Positions 39,774 to 50,363 of a stretch of 64,000 bases of DNA are shown here, one piece after another; within the stretch, counting starts at the first letter, position 1, and each line of letters starts with the position of its first letter. The stretch lies in NCBI GenBank assembly GCA_025655555.1, contig JAHXIQ010000007.1, positions 83,010-147,009 of the forward strand. The letters are read 5' to 3'. A program made the position numbers and the translations under genes. The notes below the pieces were generated by a model. The model was not told the origin of the DNA. It worked only from the letters and a program-made list of their open reading frames with translations, and did no database searches. The stretch comes from Candidatus Thiodiazotropha sp. (ex Myrtea sp. 'scaly one' KF741663) (GTDB lineage: Bacteria > Pseudomonadota > Gammaproteobacteria > Chromatiales > Chromatiaceae).

Positions 39774-41357
39774 GTGGGTTTGTACAAAACATCTGAAAAG
39801 CGGTTGCTGCGCCTGCAGCAGTCAGGCAAGGTGGGATTGCTCAGGGGTGGTCTGATTGGCCTGGAAAAGGAGGGACTGCGCGTCTCCCCCAGGGGCTGCA
39901 TCTCACAAAAGCCACATCCGGTGGCACTGGGCTCCCCGCTGACCCATCGCTATATCACCACCGACTATTCCGAAGCGCTGACCGAAATTATCACGCCACC
40001 CTCCGGTGAGCGGGCCGAACCCCTGCGCTTTCTGTTCGAGGCCCACCACTTTCTCTATCAACACCTGGGTGAAGAGATTCTCTGGTCCAGCAGTATGCCC
40101 TGTGTGGTAGAAGGGGATGCCAATATTCCCATTGCCGAATACGGTAACTCCAATGCGGGTTTGATGAAAACTGTCTATCGGCGAGGATTGGGCCACCGAT
40201 ATGGGCGGGTCATGCAGGTCATCGCCGGTGTGCATTTCAACTATTCACTACCTCAGCCGTTCTGGCATGGCTACCAGACTCTGGAAGAGGATACGCGGTC
40301 CGCTCAAACATTTATTTCAGAAAACTATTTCGGCATGCTGCGCAACCTGCAGCGATTCGGTTGGTTGATACCCTATCTGTTCGGCGCCTCGCCGGCTGTG
40401 TGTAAATCTTTTCTTGGAGGAAGACCGACCAGTCTGCAATCCTTCGATGACACAAGCTACTATTCTCCCTATGCCACCTCTCTTCGCATGGGGGATATCG
40501 GTTATCAGAACAGTAAGGAGGCGGGGACAGGCATCAAGGCCTGCTACGACTGTCTGTCAGCCTATGTGGAGACACTCTCCTGTGCGATTGAGACACCCTG
40601 TCCCATCTATCAGGCTATCGGCGTCAAAGTGGACGGGGAATACAAGCAATTGAATGCCAATATTCTGCAGATCGAGAATGAGTACTACAGTACCGTCCGA
40701 CCTAAACAGGTACCTGAATCCATGGAAAAACCGATTCATGCACTGCAACGGCGTGGTGTTCGTTATGTGGAGTTGCGCTCACTGGATGTCAATCCTTTCC
40801 ATCCCCTGGGTATTGCTGAGGAGCAGATCTATTTCCTTGAGGCGCTGATGCTCCTGAGTCTCTTGCAGGAGAGTCCTGCGATCAATGTGGCGGAACAGAA
40901 GGCGATCGACTGGAACGAGTTGGCGGCAGCCCATCAAGGGAGAGATCCTGCGCTGAAGCTGAAGCGAAATGGTGCTGAGATTCCACTCACTCAGTGGGGA
41001 CTGGAAATCTGTGATGCCATGCAACCGATCTGCGAGGTACTGGACGAGGGCATGGATGAGACACCCTATCAGACAAGTCTTCAGTTGCAGCGGAGTCGTT
41101 TACAGGATGCGGATCTGACACCATCGGCCATCATGTTGGCAGAGATGCACGAGCGGGGGGAGGGCTTTTATCATTTTGCTCAGCGCAAGTCGCAGGAACA
41201 CTATCAATATTTCATGCAGCATGAGCACTCAATGGAAGATCAGCATCTACTGGCGCATGAGGCAACGGATTCCTGGCGTCGGCAGCGAGACATTGAAGCT
41301 TCGGACAAAGTCAGTTTTGATGCATTTCTGCATAGCTACTTCTCGCAACAGCTCTGA
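39774..41357 (+). CDS. gshA: Glutamate--cysteine ligase
   Basis: 527 aa with a GTG start. GLEKEGLRV, HP.ALGS.LTH.YITTDYSEALTEIITP and RYVELRSLD are as in gammaproteobacterial GshA. Confidence 0.95.
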   Translation: MGLYKTSEKRLLRLQQSGKVGLLRGGLIGLEKEGLRVSPRGCISQKPHPVALGSPLTHRYITTDYSEALTEIITPPSGERAEPLRFLFEAHHFLYQHLGEEILWSSSMPCVVEGDANIPIAEYGNSNAGLMKTVYRRGLGHRYGRVMQVIAGVHFNYSLPQPFWHGYQTLEEDTRSAQTFISENYFGMLRNLQRFGWLIPYLFGASPAVCKSFLGGRPTSLQSFDDTSYYSPYATSLRMGDIGYQNSKEAGTGIKACYDCLSAYVETLSCAIETPCPIYQAIGVKVDGEYKQLNANILQIENEYYSTVRPKQVPESMEKPIHALQRRGVRYVELRSLDVNPFHPLGIAEEQIYFLEALMLLSLLQESPAINVAEQKAIDWNELAAAHQGRDPALKLKRNGAEIPLTQWGLEICDAMQPICEVLDEGMDETPYQTSLQLQRSRLQDADLTPSAIMLAEMHERGEGFYHFAQRKSQEHYQYFMQHEHSMEDQHLLAHEATDSWRRQRDIEASDKVSFDAFLHSYFSQQL

Positions 41358-41425
41358 TCCGGGCATAGACTTACGCATAGTGTGTACTATTAAAAGTGCC
41401 GGATTAAATACTTCGAGGTTTCAAG

Positions 41426-42616
41426 ATGGATAATAATAATGAGAGAGGTTGGGGATTTTCCACCCAGGCGATTCGTACTGGCCACCACAGAACCCCGGAA
41501 GGTGAGCATGGTGAACCCATCTTTCCCACATCAAGTTTCGTTTTCAGCAGCGCAGCTGAGGCAGCGGCCCGCTTCAGTGGCGACGAACCGGGAAATATCT
41601 ATTCAAGATTCACGAATCCCACAGTAAGAAATTTTGAACAGCGCCTGGCTGCGTTGGAAGGTGGAGAGAGTTGTGTCGCTACTGCCTCCGGCATGGCTGC
41701 GATCCTCGCGACCTGTATGGGGCTGTTACAGACAGGCGATCATATTGTTTCTTCTCGCAGCGTGTTCGGCAGTACCACCCTGCTTTTTAATAAATACCTG
41801 ACCCGGTTTGGGATTGAGACCAGTTTTGTGCCGCTCGATGACGCGACTGCCTGGGAGCAGGCCATCAGTCCAAAGACCAAGCTTTTGTTTGTCGAAACGC
41901 CGTCCAATCCTCTGACGGAGGTAGCCGATATTCGCTGGTTGAGCGAACTGGCCCACGCCAATGGCTGCTGGCTGGTGGTGGATAACTGCTTCTGTACGCC
42001 GGCATTGCAGCGGCCGCTTGATCTGGGTGCTGATATCGTTGTGCATTCGGCGACCAAGTATCTTGATGGGCAGGGTCGGTGTGTTGGTGGTGCTGTGGTG
42101 GGTAGCCGGGAGCTGGTTGGTGAGGAGATCTACGGTGTCTTGCGTACAGCCGGACCCACCATGAGTCCTTTTAATGCATGGGTCTTTCTCAAGGGATTGG
42201 AGACCCTCGAATTGCGTATGCAGGCCCACTCCCGCAATGCACAGCAATTGGCGGTCTGGCTGGAAGATTTGCCACAGATCGAACAGGTCTACTTTCCCGG
42301 TCTGGCGTCTCATCCTCAGTACGCACTGGCGCAACAGCAGCAGAAAGCACCTGGTGGCATTGTTTCATTCGTCGTGAAAGGGGGGCAGCCTGCTGCCTGG
42401 TCGTTGATCGATGCGACGCGCATGCTTTCCATTACCGCCAACCTGGGTGACACCAAGACCACTATCACTCACCCGGCGACGACGACCCATGGCCGATTGA
42501 CACCGGAGCAGCGTGTCGAAGCCGATATCGGTAACGGCATGGTGCGGATAGCTGTGGGACTGGAGTCTATAGAGGATATTCAGGCCGACCTCGTACGTGG
42601 GCTAGACCAACTCTAA
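41426..42616 (+). CDS. metZ: O-succinylhomoserine sulfhydrylase (Cys/Met-metabolism PLP enzyme)
   Basis: 396 aa. YSRFTNPTV and HSATKYLDGQGR (PLP Lys) are present. The length and termini are typical of MetZ. Confidence 0.88.
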   Translation: MDNNNERGWGFSTQAIRTGHHRTPEGEHGEPIFPTSSFVFSSAAEAAARFSGDEPGNIYSRFTNPTVRNFEQRLAALEGGESCVATASGMAAILATCMGLLQTGDHIVSSRSVFGSTTLLFNKYLTRFGIETSFVPLDDATAWEQAISPKTKLLFVETPSNPLTEVADIRWLSELAHANGCWLVVDNCFCTPALQRPLDLGADIVVHSATKYLDGQGRCVGGAVVGSRELVGEEIYGVLRTAGPTMSPFNAWVFLKGLETLELRMQAHSRNAQQLAVWLEDLPQIEQVYFPGLASHPQYALAQQQQKAPGGIVSFVVKGGQPAAWSLIDATRMLSITANLGDTKTTITHPATTTHGRLTPEQRVEADIGNGMVRIAVGLESIEDIQADLVRGLDQL

Positions 42617-42618
42617 AG

Positions 42619-43212
42619 GTGTCAGTTATGCCGAATGAATCGCTGAAATCCAAGTGGGATACCAGGCATGGGGATGCTGAAAAGCGACCAAAAGCGGCAG
42701 AGGTGCTTACGCAGAATCTGCATCTGCTACCACACAGGGGGCAGGCACTCGATCTGGCCTGTGGGCTTGGTGGTAATGCGCTGGCCATGGCTGCGCGAGG
42801 TATGCATGTCACTGCATGGGACCTGTCATCGGTGGCCATCGAACGTCTGCAGAAATTCAATGAAGCGCAAGGGCATTCAAACCTCAATGCAACGATGAGG
42901 GATGTGGAAAAAGAACCGCCGCTGCCGAATAGCTTTGATGTGATTGTCATCAGTTACTATATCGATCGGCAACTGATTCCCCATCTGATCGCTGCGCTGA
43001 AGCCAGGCGGATTGATTTTCTATCAGACCTTCACCCAGATCGCCGTTTCTGATGAAGGTCCCACTAACCCGGAGTACCGGCTGGGCGACAATGAGCTGCT
43101 CGCGCTTTTTTCAGACCTCAAGCTCCGCTTCTACCGAGAGGAGAATCGGCTAGGTGATCTGGCAGTTGGGATGCGCGATGTGGCGATGCTGGTGGCGGAA
43201 CGGGTGACTTAG
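42619..43212 (+). CDS. Class I SAM-dependent methyltransferase (TehB-like size)
   Basis: ALDLACGLGGNALAMA is the SAM motif I. The gene starts 2 nt after the metZ stop. ATG 42628 is an alternative start. Confidence 0.8.
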   Translation: MSVMPNESLKSKWDTRHGDAEKRPKAAEVLTQNLHLLPHRGQALDLACGLGGNALAMAARGMHVTAWDLSSVAIERLQKFNEAQGHSNLNATMRDVEKEPPLPNSFDVIVISYYIDRQLIPHLIAALKPGGLIFYQTFTQIAVSDEGPTNPEYRLGDNELLALFSDLKLRFYREENRLGDLAVGMRDVAMLVAERVT

Positions 43213-43254
43213 CCTTCAACTCCTGCCTTCTCATAAAAAGTATTTTATTGGCGA

Positions 43255-43473
43255 TCAGCGACCGACCCGGGTGAAGTCGGTTCCCGGCTTGAGGCCAAAT
43301 GCTGTCTCCAAGTCAAATTCACGAATGAGCTGATCACCGGCCTGCAGGCCGTACTCCCGCTGGATCTCTCCCAGCAATAGCCGTACGGCATTTCGATTGT
43401 ACCCACTACCGAAGCTAATCTGCTGTTGGAGGATCTCTCTTGCCCGTTCCAGAGTCATGTGCATGCGCTCCAC
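43255..43473 (-). CDS. Hypothetical small protein
   Basis: 72-codon ORF convergent with the methyltransferase gene. I recognised no family. The codon usage looks native. Confidence 0.4.
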   Translation of the reverse strand: MERMHMTLERAREILQQQISFGSGYNRNAVRLLLGEIQREYGLQAGDQLIREFDLETAFGLKPGTDFTRVGR

Positions 43474-43523
43474 ACCGTTGTTTTAACTATCAATCTATTC
43501 AATAAACCTAGCTGGACCTTTGA

Positions 43524-43557
43524 TTGTTGGGCTTCGCTTTGCTCTGCACCAACCTAC
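43524..43557 (-). repeat. REP-like palindromic element, copy A
   Basis: The reverse complement reads GTAGGTTGGTGCAGAGCAAAGCGAAGCCCAACAA. This is the same family as copy B, in inverted orientation. Confidence 0.45.
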
Positions 43558-43632
43558 GCTCTCGTTGAGTATTTCACATGAAGTGATTGCAAAAATATCT
43601 GCAATGGCCGGTCAAGCCACAGTTGTATTTGT

Positions 43633-43662
43633 GTAGGCTGGGCTGAGGCACGAAGCCCAGCG
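43633..43662 (+). repeat. REP-like palindromic element, copy B
   Basis: GTAGGCTGGGCTGAGGCACGAAGCCCAGCG. The internal 8-bp stem is GCTGGGCT/AGCCCAGC. Confidence 0.45.
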
Positions 43663-43805
43663 TTGCCACTGCCAGGTTAACCTATGCACCTCTATGAAAC
43701 CCCTGTTCATTGACGGGTTGAATAAGAACCGGCGGGCTCCCAAATAAAAACCAAGTAATATACTATGAAATACAATTAGGCAGCCGGTACTAATCTGGAG
43801 GCAGT

Positions 43806-44495
43806 ATGCAGGTTCGACAACTTTTCGATAATCAATCAAGCACTTATACTTATCTTGTTTGGGATGAGGCAAGCCGTGAAGCGGCAATAGTCGATGCAGT
43901 AATAGAACAGGTCGATCGGGATGTCAGGTTAATCCAGCAACTCGGTCTTCAATTACGCTATGCCCTGGAGACACACATACATGCGGACCATATTACTGGC
44001 AGTGGACGCTTGCGTGAGTACCTTGGCTGCGAGATCGGTGTTCACCTGCAGGCAGGCAGTGAGTGTGCAGATCTTGAGCTGGTCGATGGTGATCGGATTC
44101 AACTCGGTTCTCAGCATCTGGAGGTTCTCTATACGCCAGGGCACACCGACACGGACATCTGCTTGCTGGGTGACAACATGGTTTTCACCGGTGATATTCT
44201 CCTGATCCATGGCAGTGGCCGTACCGATTTTCAGTCAGGAGATGCTGCACGTTCCTACGACTCCATCACTGGCCGGCTCTTCTGTTTGCCCGATCAGACA
44301 CGGGTCTATCCCGCACATGACTACAATGGGTATACCTGCAGTACGATTGGAGAGGAGAGGCAATTCAATCCTCGTCTGGGTGGCGGCAAAAGCCGGCAGG
44401 AGTATATCCGGATCATGGAAAGTCTGGTGTTGGATAAACCCGAGTTGATCGACCTGGCTGTACCTGGCAACCAGGTCTGTGGTCAAAACGTTTAG
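43806..44495 (+). CDS. MBL-fold hydrolase of the persulfide dioxygenase (ETHE1-like) type
   Basis: FDNQSSTYTYLVWD, THIHADHITG, YTPGHT and FTGDILLIHGSGRTDFQSGDA are present. Confidence 0.82.
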   Translation: MQVRQLFDNQSSTYTYLVWDEASREAAIVDAVIEQVDRDVRLIQQLGLQLRYALETHIHADHITGSGRLREYLGCEIGVHLQAGSECADLELVDGDRIQLGSQHLEVLYTPGHTDTDICLLGDNMVFTGDILLIHGSGRTDFQSGDAARSYDSITGRLFCLPDQTRVYPAHDYNGYTCSTIGEERQFNPRLGGGKSRQEYIRIMESLVLDKPELIDLAVPGNQVCGQNV

Positions 44496-44505
44496 GTGAG
44501 GCATC

Positions 44506-44811
44506 ATGGATCGTGTTGCGTTGGAGAAGATGTTGGAGCAAGGGCAAGACAATGCCTTGCTGCGCTATACCCTTGGATCTCTCTGCCTTAAAGCTGCCGA
44601 TTTTGAGTCGGCAATTGAACATCTTGAGCAGGCTTTGAAGTTTGACGAAAGCCATTCCGTCAGCTGGAAACTCTATGGCAAGGCACTGGCGCATCTGGAA
44701 CGCAGTGATGAGGCCAAGGCTGCCTACGTGAAGGGTATCGATGTGGCCGAGTCGAAGGGGGACGTACAAGCGGCAAAAGAGATGCGAGTCTTCCTCAAGC
44801 GGCTCGGTTAG
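44506..44811 (+). CDS. Small TPR-like repeat protein
   Basis: 101 aa and helical. TPR-like texts are AADFESAIEHLEQALKFD and WKLYGKALAHLERSDEAKAAY. The gene starts 10 nt after the MBL gene. Confidence 0.7.
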   Translation: MDRVALEKMLEQGQDNALLRYTLGSLCLKAADFESAIEHLEQALKFDESHSVSWKLYGKALAHLERSDEAKAAYVKGIDVAESKGDVQAAKEMRVFLKRLG

Positions 44812-44841
44812 CCTGAGCTGAGTTAGTTCTCACTGTGCTAG

Positions 44842-46444
<1,603 letters not shown>

Positions 46445-46672
46445 GCGCCACGTAAAAAATATCCTGAAAAAATAATATGTTATGACTCTCTATTAACTTA
46501 ATTCCTACTGCATGCCGTGCGGATATACTGCTCGATTTGCATGGGGGGATAAGGTCTCCTTTCTGTCAATCACGGGTTGCCTGTGGTAAATACTTCCTCT
46601 CTTTGTGGATTTATTCCTCACAAGGGCAGAAAACAAAACATAACTAGATAACAATGACGGAGGACTCCGACT

Positions 46673-47656
46673 ATGGCCTTCAGAAATCGTCTTCACAGAA
46701 GCGAACTGGCCGTACCGGGCAGTAATCCGCGCATGCTTGAGAAGGCGCCCGAAGCGGGTGCTGACCTGGTCTTTCTCGATCTGGAGGACGCTGTGGCGGT
46801 GTCCGACAAGGAGGAAGCCAGAAAGAACATCATCCATGCGCTGAACCATTACGATTGGTCACACTGCTCGGTCTCTATTCGAATCAACGGGCTCGACACC
46901 CATTTCTGCTACCGCGATATCATCGAGGTGGTGGAAGCGGCTGGGGACAAGCTCGACACTATTCTGGTGCCCAAGGTTAATCAGCCATCCGATCTGCAGT
47001 TTGTGGCATTGCTGCTGGAGCAGATCGAGGCAGCCAAGGGTTTCAAGCAGATCAACCTGCACGCCCTCATCGAGACCGCCATGGGTATGGCCAATGTGGA
47101 GGCCATCGCCCAGACCTGTCCCGAGCGCTTGGAGGCCCTGGTTTTCGGTGTGGCCGACTATGCCGCCTCGACTCAGGCGCGAACCACCAGCATGGGCGGC
47201 ATCAACCCGGATTATCTGGTGCTTGATGATGCGGATGCCAAGGGACATCGGCAGACCTATTTGGGCAACCAGTGGCACTTCGCCATGTCGCGTATGATCG
47301 TGGCTTGCCGCGCCTATGGCCTACGGCCCATCGACGGACCCTATGGCGACTTTAGCGATCCGGATGGCTATCTGGCGGTGGCCCGTGCCTTCGCTGCCCT
47401 GGGTGGTGAGGGTAAGTGGGCGATCCACCCTTCACAGATTGAGCTGGCGAACCAGGTCTTTACTCCCGGAGAAGCAGAGTATGAGAGAGCCTGCCGCATT
47501 GTCTCTTCCATGGAGGAAGCGGCGGCAGAAGGGCGTGGGGCGGTCAGCCTCGACGGCCGCATGATCGATGCCGCCTCCATCCGCCAGGCTCAGGTGGTGA
47601 TTGAGAAGATGGCGCAGATTGAGCGCTTGTCCGGCAAGGAGGCCGTGGTGGCATGA
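46673..47656 (+). CDS. mcl: Malyl-CoA lyase-type HpcH/CitE-family lyase
   Basis: 327 aa with a GGAGG RBS. LDLEDAV, SIRINGLDT.F.YRD, DGPYGDFSD..G, GKWAIHPSQIELAN.VFTP and DAASIRQAQVV closely parallel remembered Rhodobacter Mcl1. Confidence 0.8.
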   Translation: MAFRNRLHRSELAVPGSNPRMLEKAPEAGADLVFLDLEDAVAVSDKEEARKNIIHALNHYDWSHCSVSIRINGLDTHFCYRDIIEVVEAAGDKLDTILVPKVNQPSDLQFVALLLEQIEAAKGFKQINLHALIETAMGMANVEAIAQTCPERLEALVFGVADYAASTQARTTSMGGINPDYLVLDDADAKGHRQTYLGNQWHFAMSRMIVACRAYGLRPIDGPYGDFSDPDGYLAVARAFAALGGEGKWAIHPSQIELANQVFTPGEAEYERACRIVSSMEEAAAEGRGAVSLDGRMIDAASIRQAQVVIEKMAQIERLSGKEAVVA

Positions 47657-48825
47657 ATATCCATGAGTATCAGACCAAGGAGCTGTTCCGCAGCTACGGT
47701 ATGCCGGTGCCTGAGGGGCGCATGGCCCATTCAGCCAATAAGGCGGTTTCCGTTGCCGAGCAGGTGGGTGGCGACGGCTGGGTGGTGAAGGCGCAGATCC
47801 ATGCCGGTGGCCGGGGTAAGGCCGGTGGTGTGCAACTGGCCAGGAGCCTGGATGAGGTGCAGCAGCATGCTGAGAAACTCATCGGTTCACGTCTGGTGAC
47901 CAAGCAGACCGGTGAAACGGGCCGCATGGTGAACCGGGTGCTGGTGGAGCAGATGCAACAGATCGATAAGGAGTACTATCTTGGCCTCGTCATCGATCGT
48001 GCCTCTCAACGCATCACGCTGATCGCTTCGGCTTCCGGCGGGATGGACATCGAAGAGGTCGCGGCGGCCACACCGGATCAAGTGATCAACGAGGTGGTCG
48101 ATCCGGCAGTGGGCTTGCAGGATTTTCAATGCCGTAAGGTGGCAGCCGCCATCGGTCTCAACGGCAAGCAGATCATCAAGGCGGGTCGCGTCATGAAGCA
48201 GCTCTATCGCTGTTTTCGTGACAAGGACGCTTTGATGGTGGAGATCAATCCCCTGGTAACCACTCAGGACGGTCAGTTTTTGGCCCTCGACGGAAAGATG
48301 TCTTTCGACGGCAATGCGCTTTTCCGTCAACCGGAGATTGCAGACTTGCGGGATTTTGATGAAGAGGATCCCAAGGAGGTTGAGGCTTCAGGCCACGACC
48401 TAAACTACATCGCCCTAGATGGCGGTGTCGGCTGCATCGTCAACGGTGCCGGTCTGGCGATGGCCACCATGGACGCCATCAGCCTCTACGGTGGGCGCCC
48501 GGCCAACTTCCTCGATGTGGGTGGTGGCGCCTCACCAGAGAAGATCGCCAATGCCTTTCGCATCGTGCTGGAAGATCCTAACGTAAAAGTTCTGCTGCTC
48601 AATATTTATGCAGGTATCAACCGCTGCGACTGGATCGCGGAAGGCATCGTCAAGGCGATGGCGGATCAGACCATCGAGGTGCCGATCGTGGTCAGACTGG
48701 CGGGTACCAACCTGGAGGCGGGCAGGAAGATCCTCAGTGAGTCCGGGCTCGACTATATCCATGCGGACCGGCTCAGCGATGCCGCCGAGAAAGCAGTGAG
48801 GGCAGTTAACGGGGAGGTCGTATGA
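47653..48825 (+). CDS. mtkA: ADP-forming acyl-CoA synthetase beta subunit (SucC-like; malate thiokinase MtkA by context)
   Basis: MNIHEYQTKELF, VVKAQIHAGGRGKAGGV, VNGAGLAMATMD and ANFLDVGGGA are present. ATGA overlap with mcl. Confidence 0.8.
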   Translation: MNIHEYQTKELFRSYGMPVPEGRMAHSANKAVSVAEQVGGDGWVVKAQIHAGGRGKAGGVQLARSLDEVQQHAEKLIGSRLVTKQTGETGRMVNRVLVEQMQQIDKEYYLGLVIDRASQRITLIASASGGMDIEEVAAATPDQVINEVVDPAVGLQDFQCRKVAAAIGLNGKQIIKAGRVMKQLYRCFRDKDALMVEINPLVTTQDGQFLALDGKMSFDGNALFRQPEIADLRDFDEEDPKEVEASGHDLNYIALDGGVGCIVNGAGLAMATMDAISLYGGRPANFLDVGGGASPEKIANAFRIVLEDPNVKVLLLNIYAGINRCDWIAEGIVKAMADQTIEVPIVVRLAGTNLEAGRKILSESGLDYIHADRLSDAAEKAVRAVNGEVV

Positions 48826-49745
48826 GTATTCTGGTCAATAAGGATTCACGGGTTATTTTTCAGGGCTTCACCGGCCAGCACGCCACATTCCATGCCCAGG
48901 AAGCGATCCGTATGGGTACCAATGTGGTGGGGGGCGTGACGCCGGGTAAAGGCGGGGAGACCCATATCGACCGGCCGGTCTTCGACACGGTGAAAGATGC
49001 TGTGGCTGAGACGGGCGCGGATGTCAGCGTGGTCTTTGTGCCACCACCTTTCAGTGCCGATGCCATCATGGAAGCCATCGAGGCCGGCATCGAGGTCATC
49101 GTGGTGATCACCGACGGGGTACCGGTACAGGACATGGTGCGGGTGAAACGCTATCTGATCGGCCATGACGCCATCATCATCGGCCCCAATACCGCCGGTG
49201 TCATTACCCCGGAGGAGTGCAAGGTCGGCATTATGCCGGCGCATATCTATCCCAAGGGACGTATCGGTCTGGTCTCTCGCTCCGGCACTCTCAACTATGA
49301 GGCGGTGGAGCAGATGAGTGAGCTGGGGCTGGGTATCTCCACCAGCATCAGCATTGGTGGTGATCCGGTCAACGGCTGTGATTTCCTCACCCTGATGAAG
49401 CAGTTTGCCGATGACCCCGAAACCGATGCTGTGCTGATGATAGGTGAGATTGGTGGGTCTCAGGAGGTGGATGCGGCGACCTGGGCCAAGGCGCATATGG
49501 ATAAGCCTTTGATTGGCTTTATCGCCGGTGCTACGGCGCCCCCCGGACGCACCATGGGACATGCAGGCGCGATCATCTCCGGTGAATCGGACACAGCCCA
49601 AGCGAAGATGCGGCGGCTTGATGAGTTGGGTGTCAGTGTCGTTCAGAATGCCGCTGAGATTGGTCAGACGGTGCTGCAAAGTGTCAACGGGCGTAGCAAT
49701 GAGAGAGATGAAGCGGCTAACCCCAGTTGCGTTTCATCTGTCTGA
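48822..49745 (+). CDS. mtkB: ADP-forming acyl-CoA synthetase alpha subunit (SucD-like; MtkB by context)
   Basis: MSILVNKDSRVIFQGFTG, GGVTPGKGG, SRSGTL.YE and MGHAGAII (phospho-His) are present. ATGA overlap with the beta subunit gene. Confidence 0.8.
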   Translation: MSILVNKDSRVIFQGFTGQHATFHAQEAIRMGTNVVGGVTPGKGGETHIDRPVFDTVKDAVAETGADVSVVFVPPPFSADAIMEAIEAGIEVIVVITDGVPVQDMVRVKRYLIGHDAIIIGPNTAGVITPEECKVGIMPAHIYPKGRIGLVSRSGTLNYEAVEQMSELGLGISTSISIGGDPVNGCDFLTLMKQFADDPETDAVLMIGEIGGSQEVDAATWAKAHMDKPLIGFIAGATAPPGRTMGHAGAIISGESDTAQAKMRRLDELGVSVVQNAAEIGQTVLQSVNGRSNERDEAANPSCVSSV

Positions 49746-49790
49746 TGTCAGACTGGAGGTAGGATCTGGCTAGATAATTTTTGAGCTTTC

Positions 49791-50363
49791 ATGTTGCATA
49801 AAACACCCCGGCGTTTAATCCCCATCATACTATTTCTCTTATGGGGAGAGAGTGCCATTGCACAGACTCGTACAGTCGACCCCGAGACGGGTAGTGTGAC
49901 CTGGGAGATTCAGGTGCATGGGGTGACGCTTTCACTGACCCAGATTCTGCCTGATCAGGCCCGGGCCTTCTACGTCAACCGGGGGCTGCCAACAACGGCG
50001 ACGGAATCCTATGCCAAGTCCTGTGTCTACATGACGATATTACGTAACGACAGCGCACCGGGTGCCGTACATTTTCGATTGTCTGACTGGTCTGTCGTCA
50101 GTACAACAGGATCGCAACCACCCATTGGTGCGGCAACCTGGCTCAAACGGTTTGAGGCCGATGGGTTGAGCCAGTCGGCACGTATCGCTTTCCGCTGGGC
50201 TCAGTTTCCCCCTGAGCAAGAGTACCAGCCGGGTGGAGACTGGAACCAGGGCATGCTATCCGCAGGTCTGCCGCCAGACAGTGAGTTTGATTTAATAGCC
50301 CGCTGGGATGTGGCAGGTGAGCCATTCGAGGGGATACTGAAGAATGTTCGTTGTGCAAAATAG
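49791..50363 (+). CDS. Hypothetical exported protein
   Basis: 190 aa. The signal peptide is LIPIILFLLWGESAIAQ. I recognised no family. Its 3' end overlaps the next gene by 20 nt. Confidence 0.6.
   Translation: MLHKTPRRLIPIILFLLWGESAIAQTRTVDPETGSVTWEIQVHGVTLSLTQILPDQARAFYVNRGLPTTATESYAKSCVYMTILRNDSAPGAVHFRLSDWSVVSTTGSQPPIGAATWLKRFEADGLSQSARIAFRWAQFPPEQEYQPGGDWNQGMLSAGLPPDSEFDLIARWDVAGEPFEGILKNVRCAK

Noticed and set aside
48846-49679. 277-aa ORF antisense to the SucD-like gene.
   Set aside because: It lies entirely inside a confidently identified gene on the other strand. Its Arg/Gly/His-rich, low-complexity composition is typical of shadow ORFs in GC-rich coding DNA.
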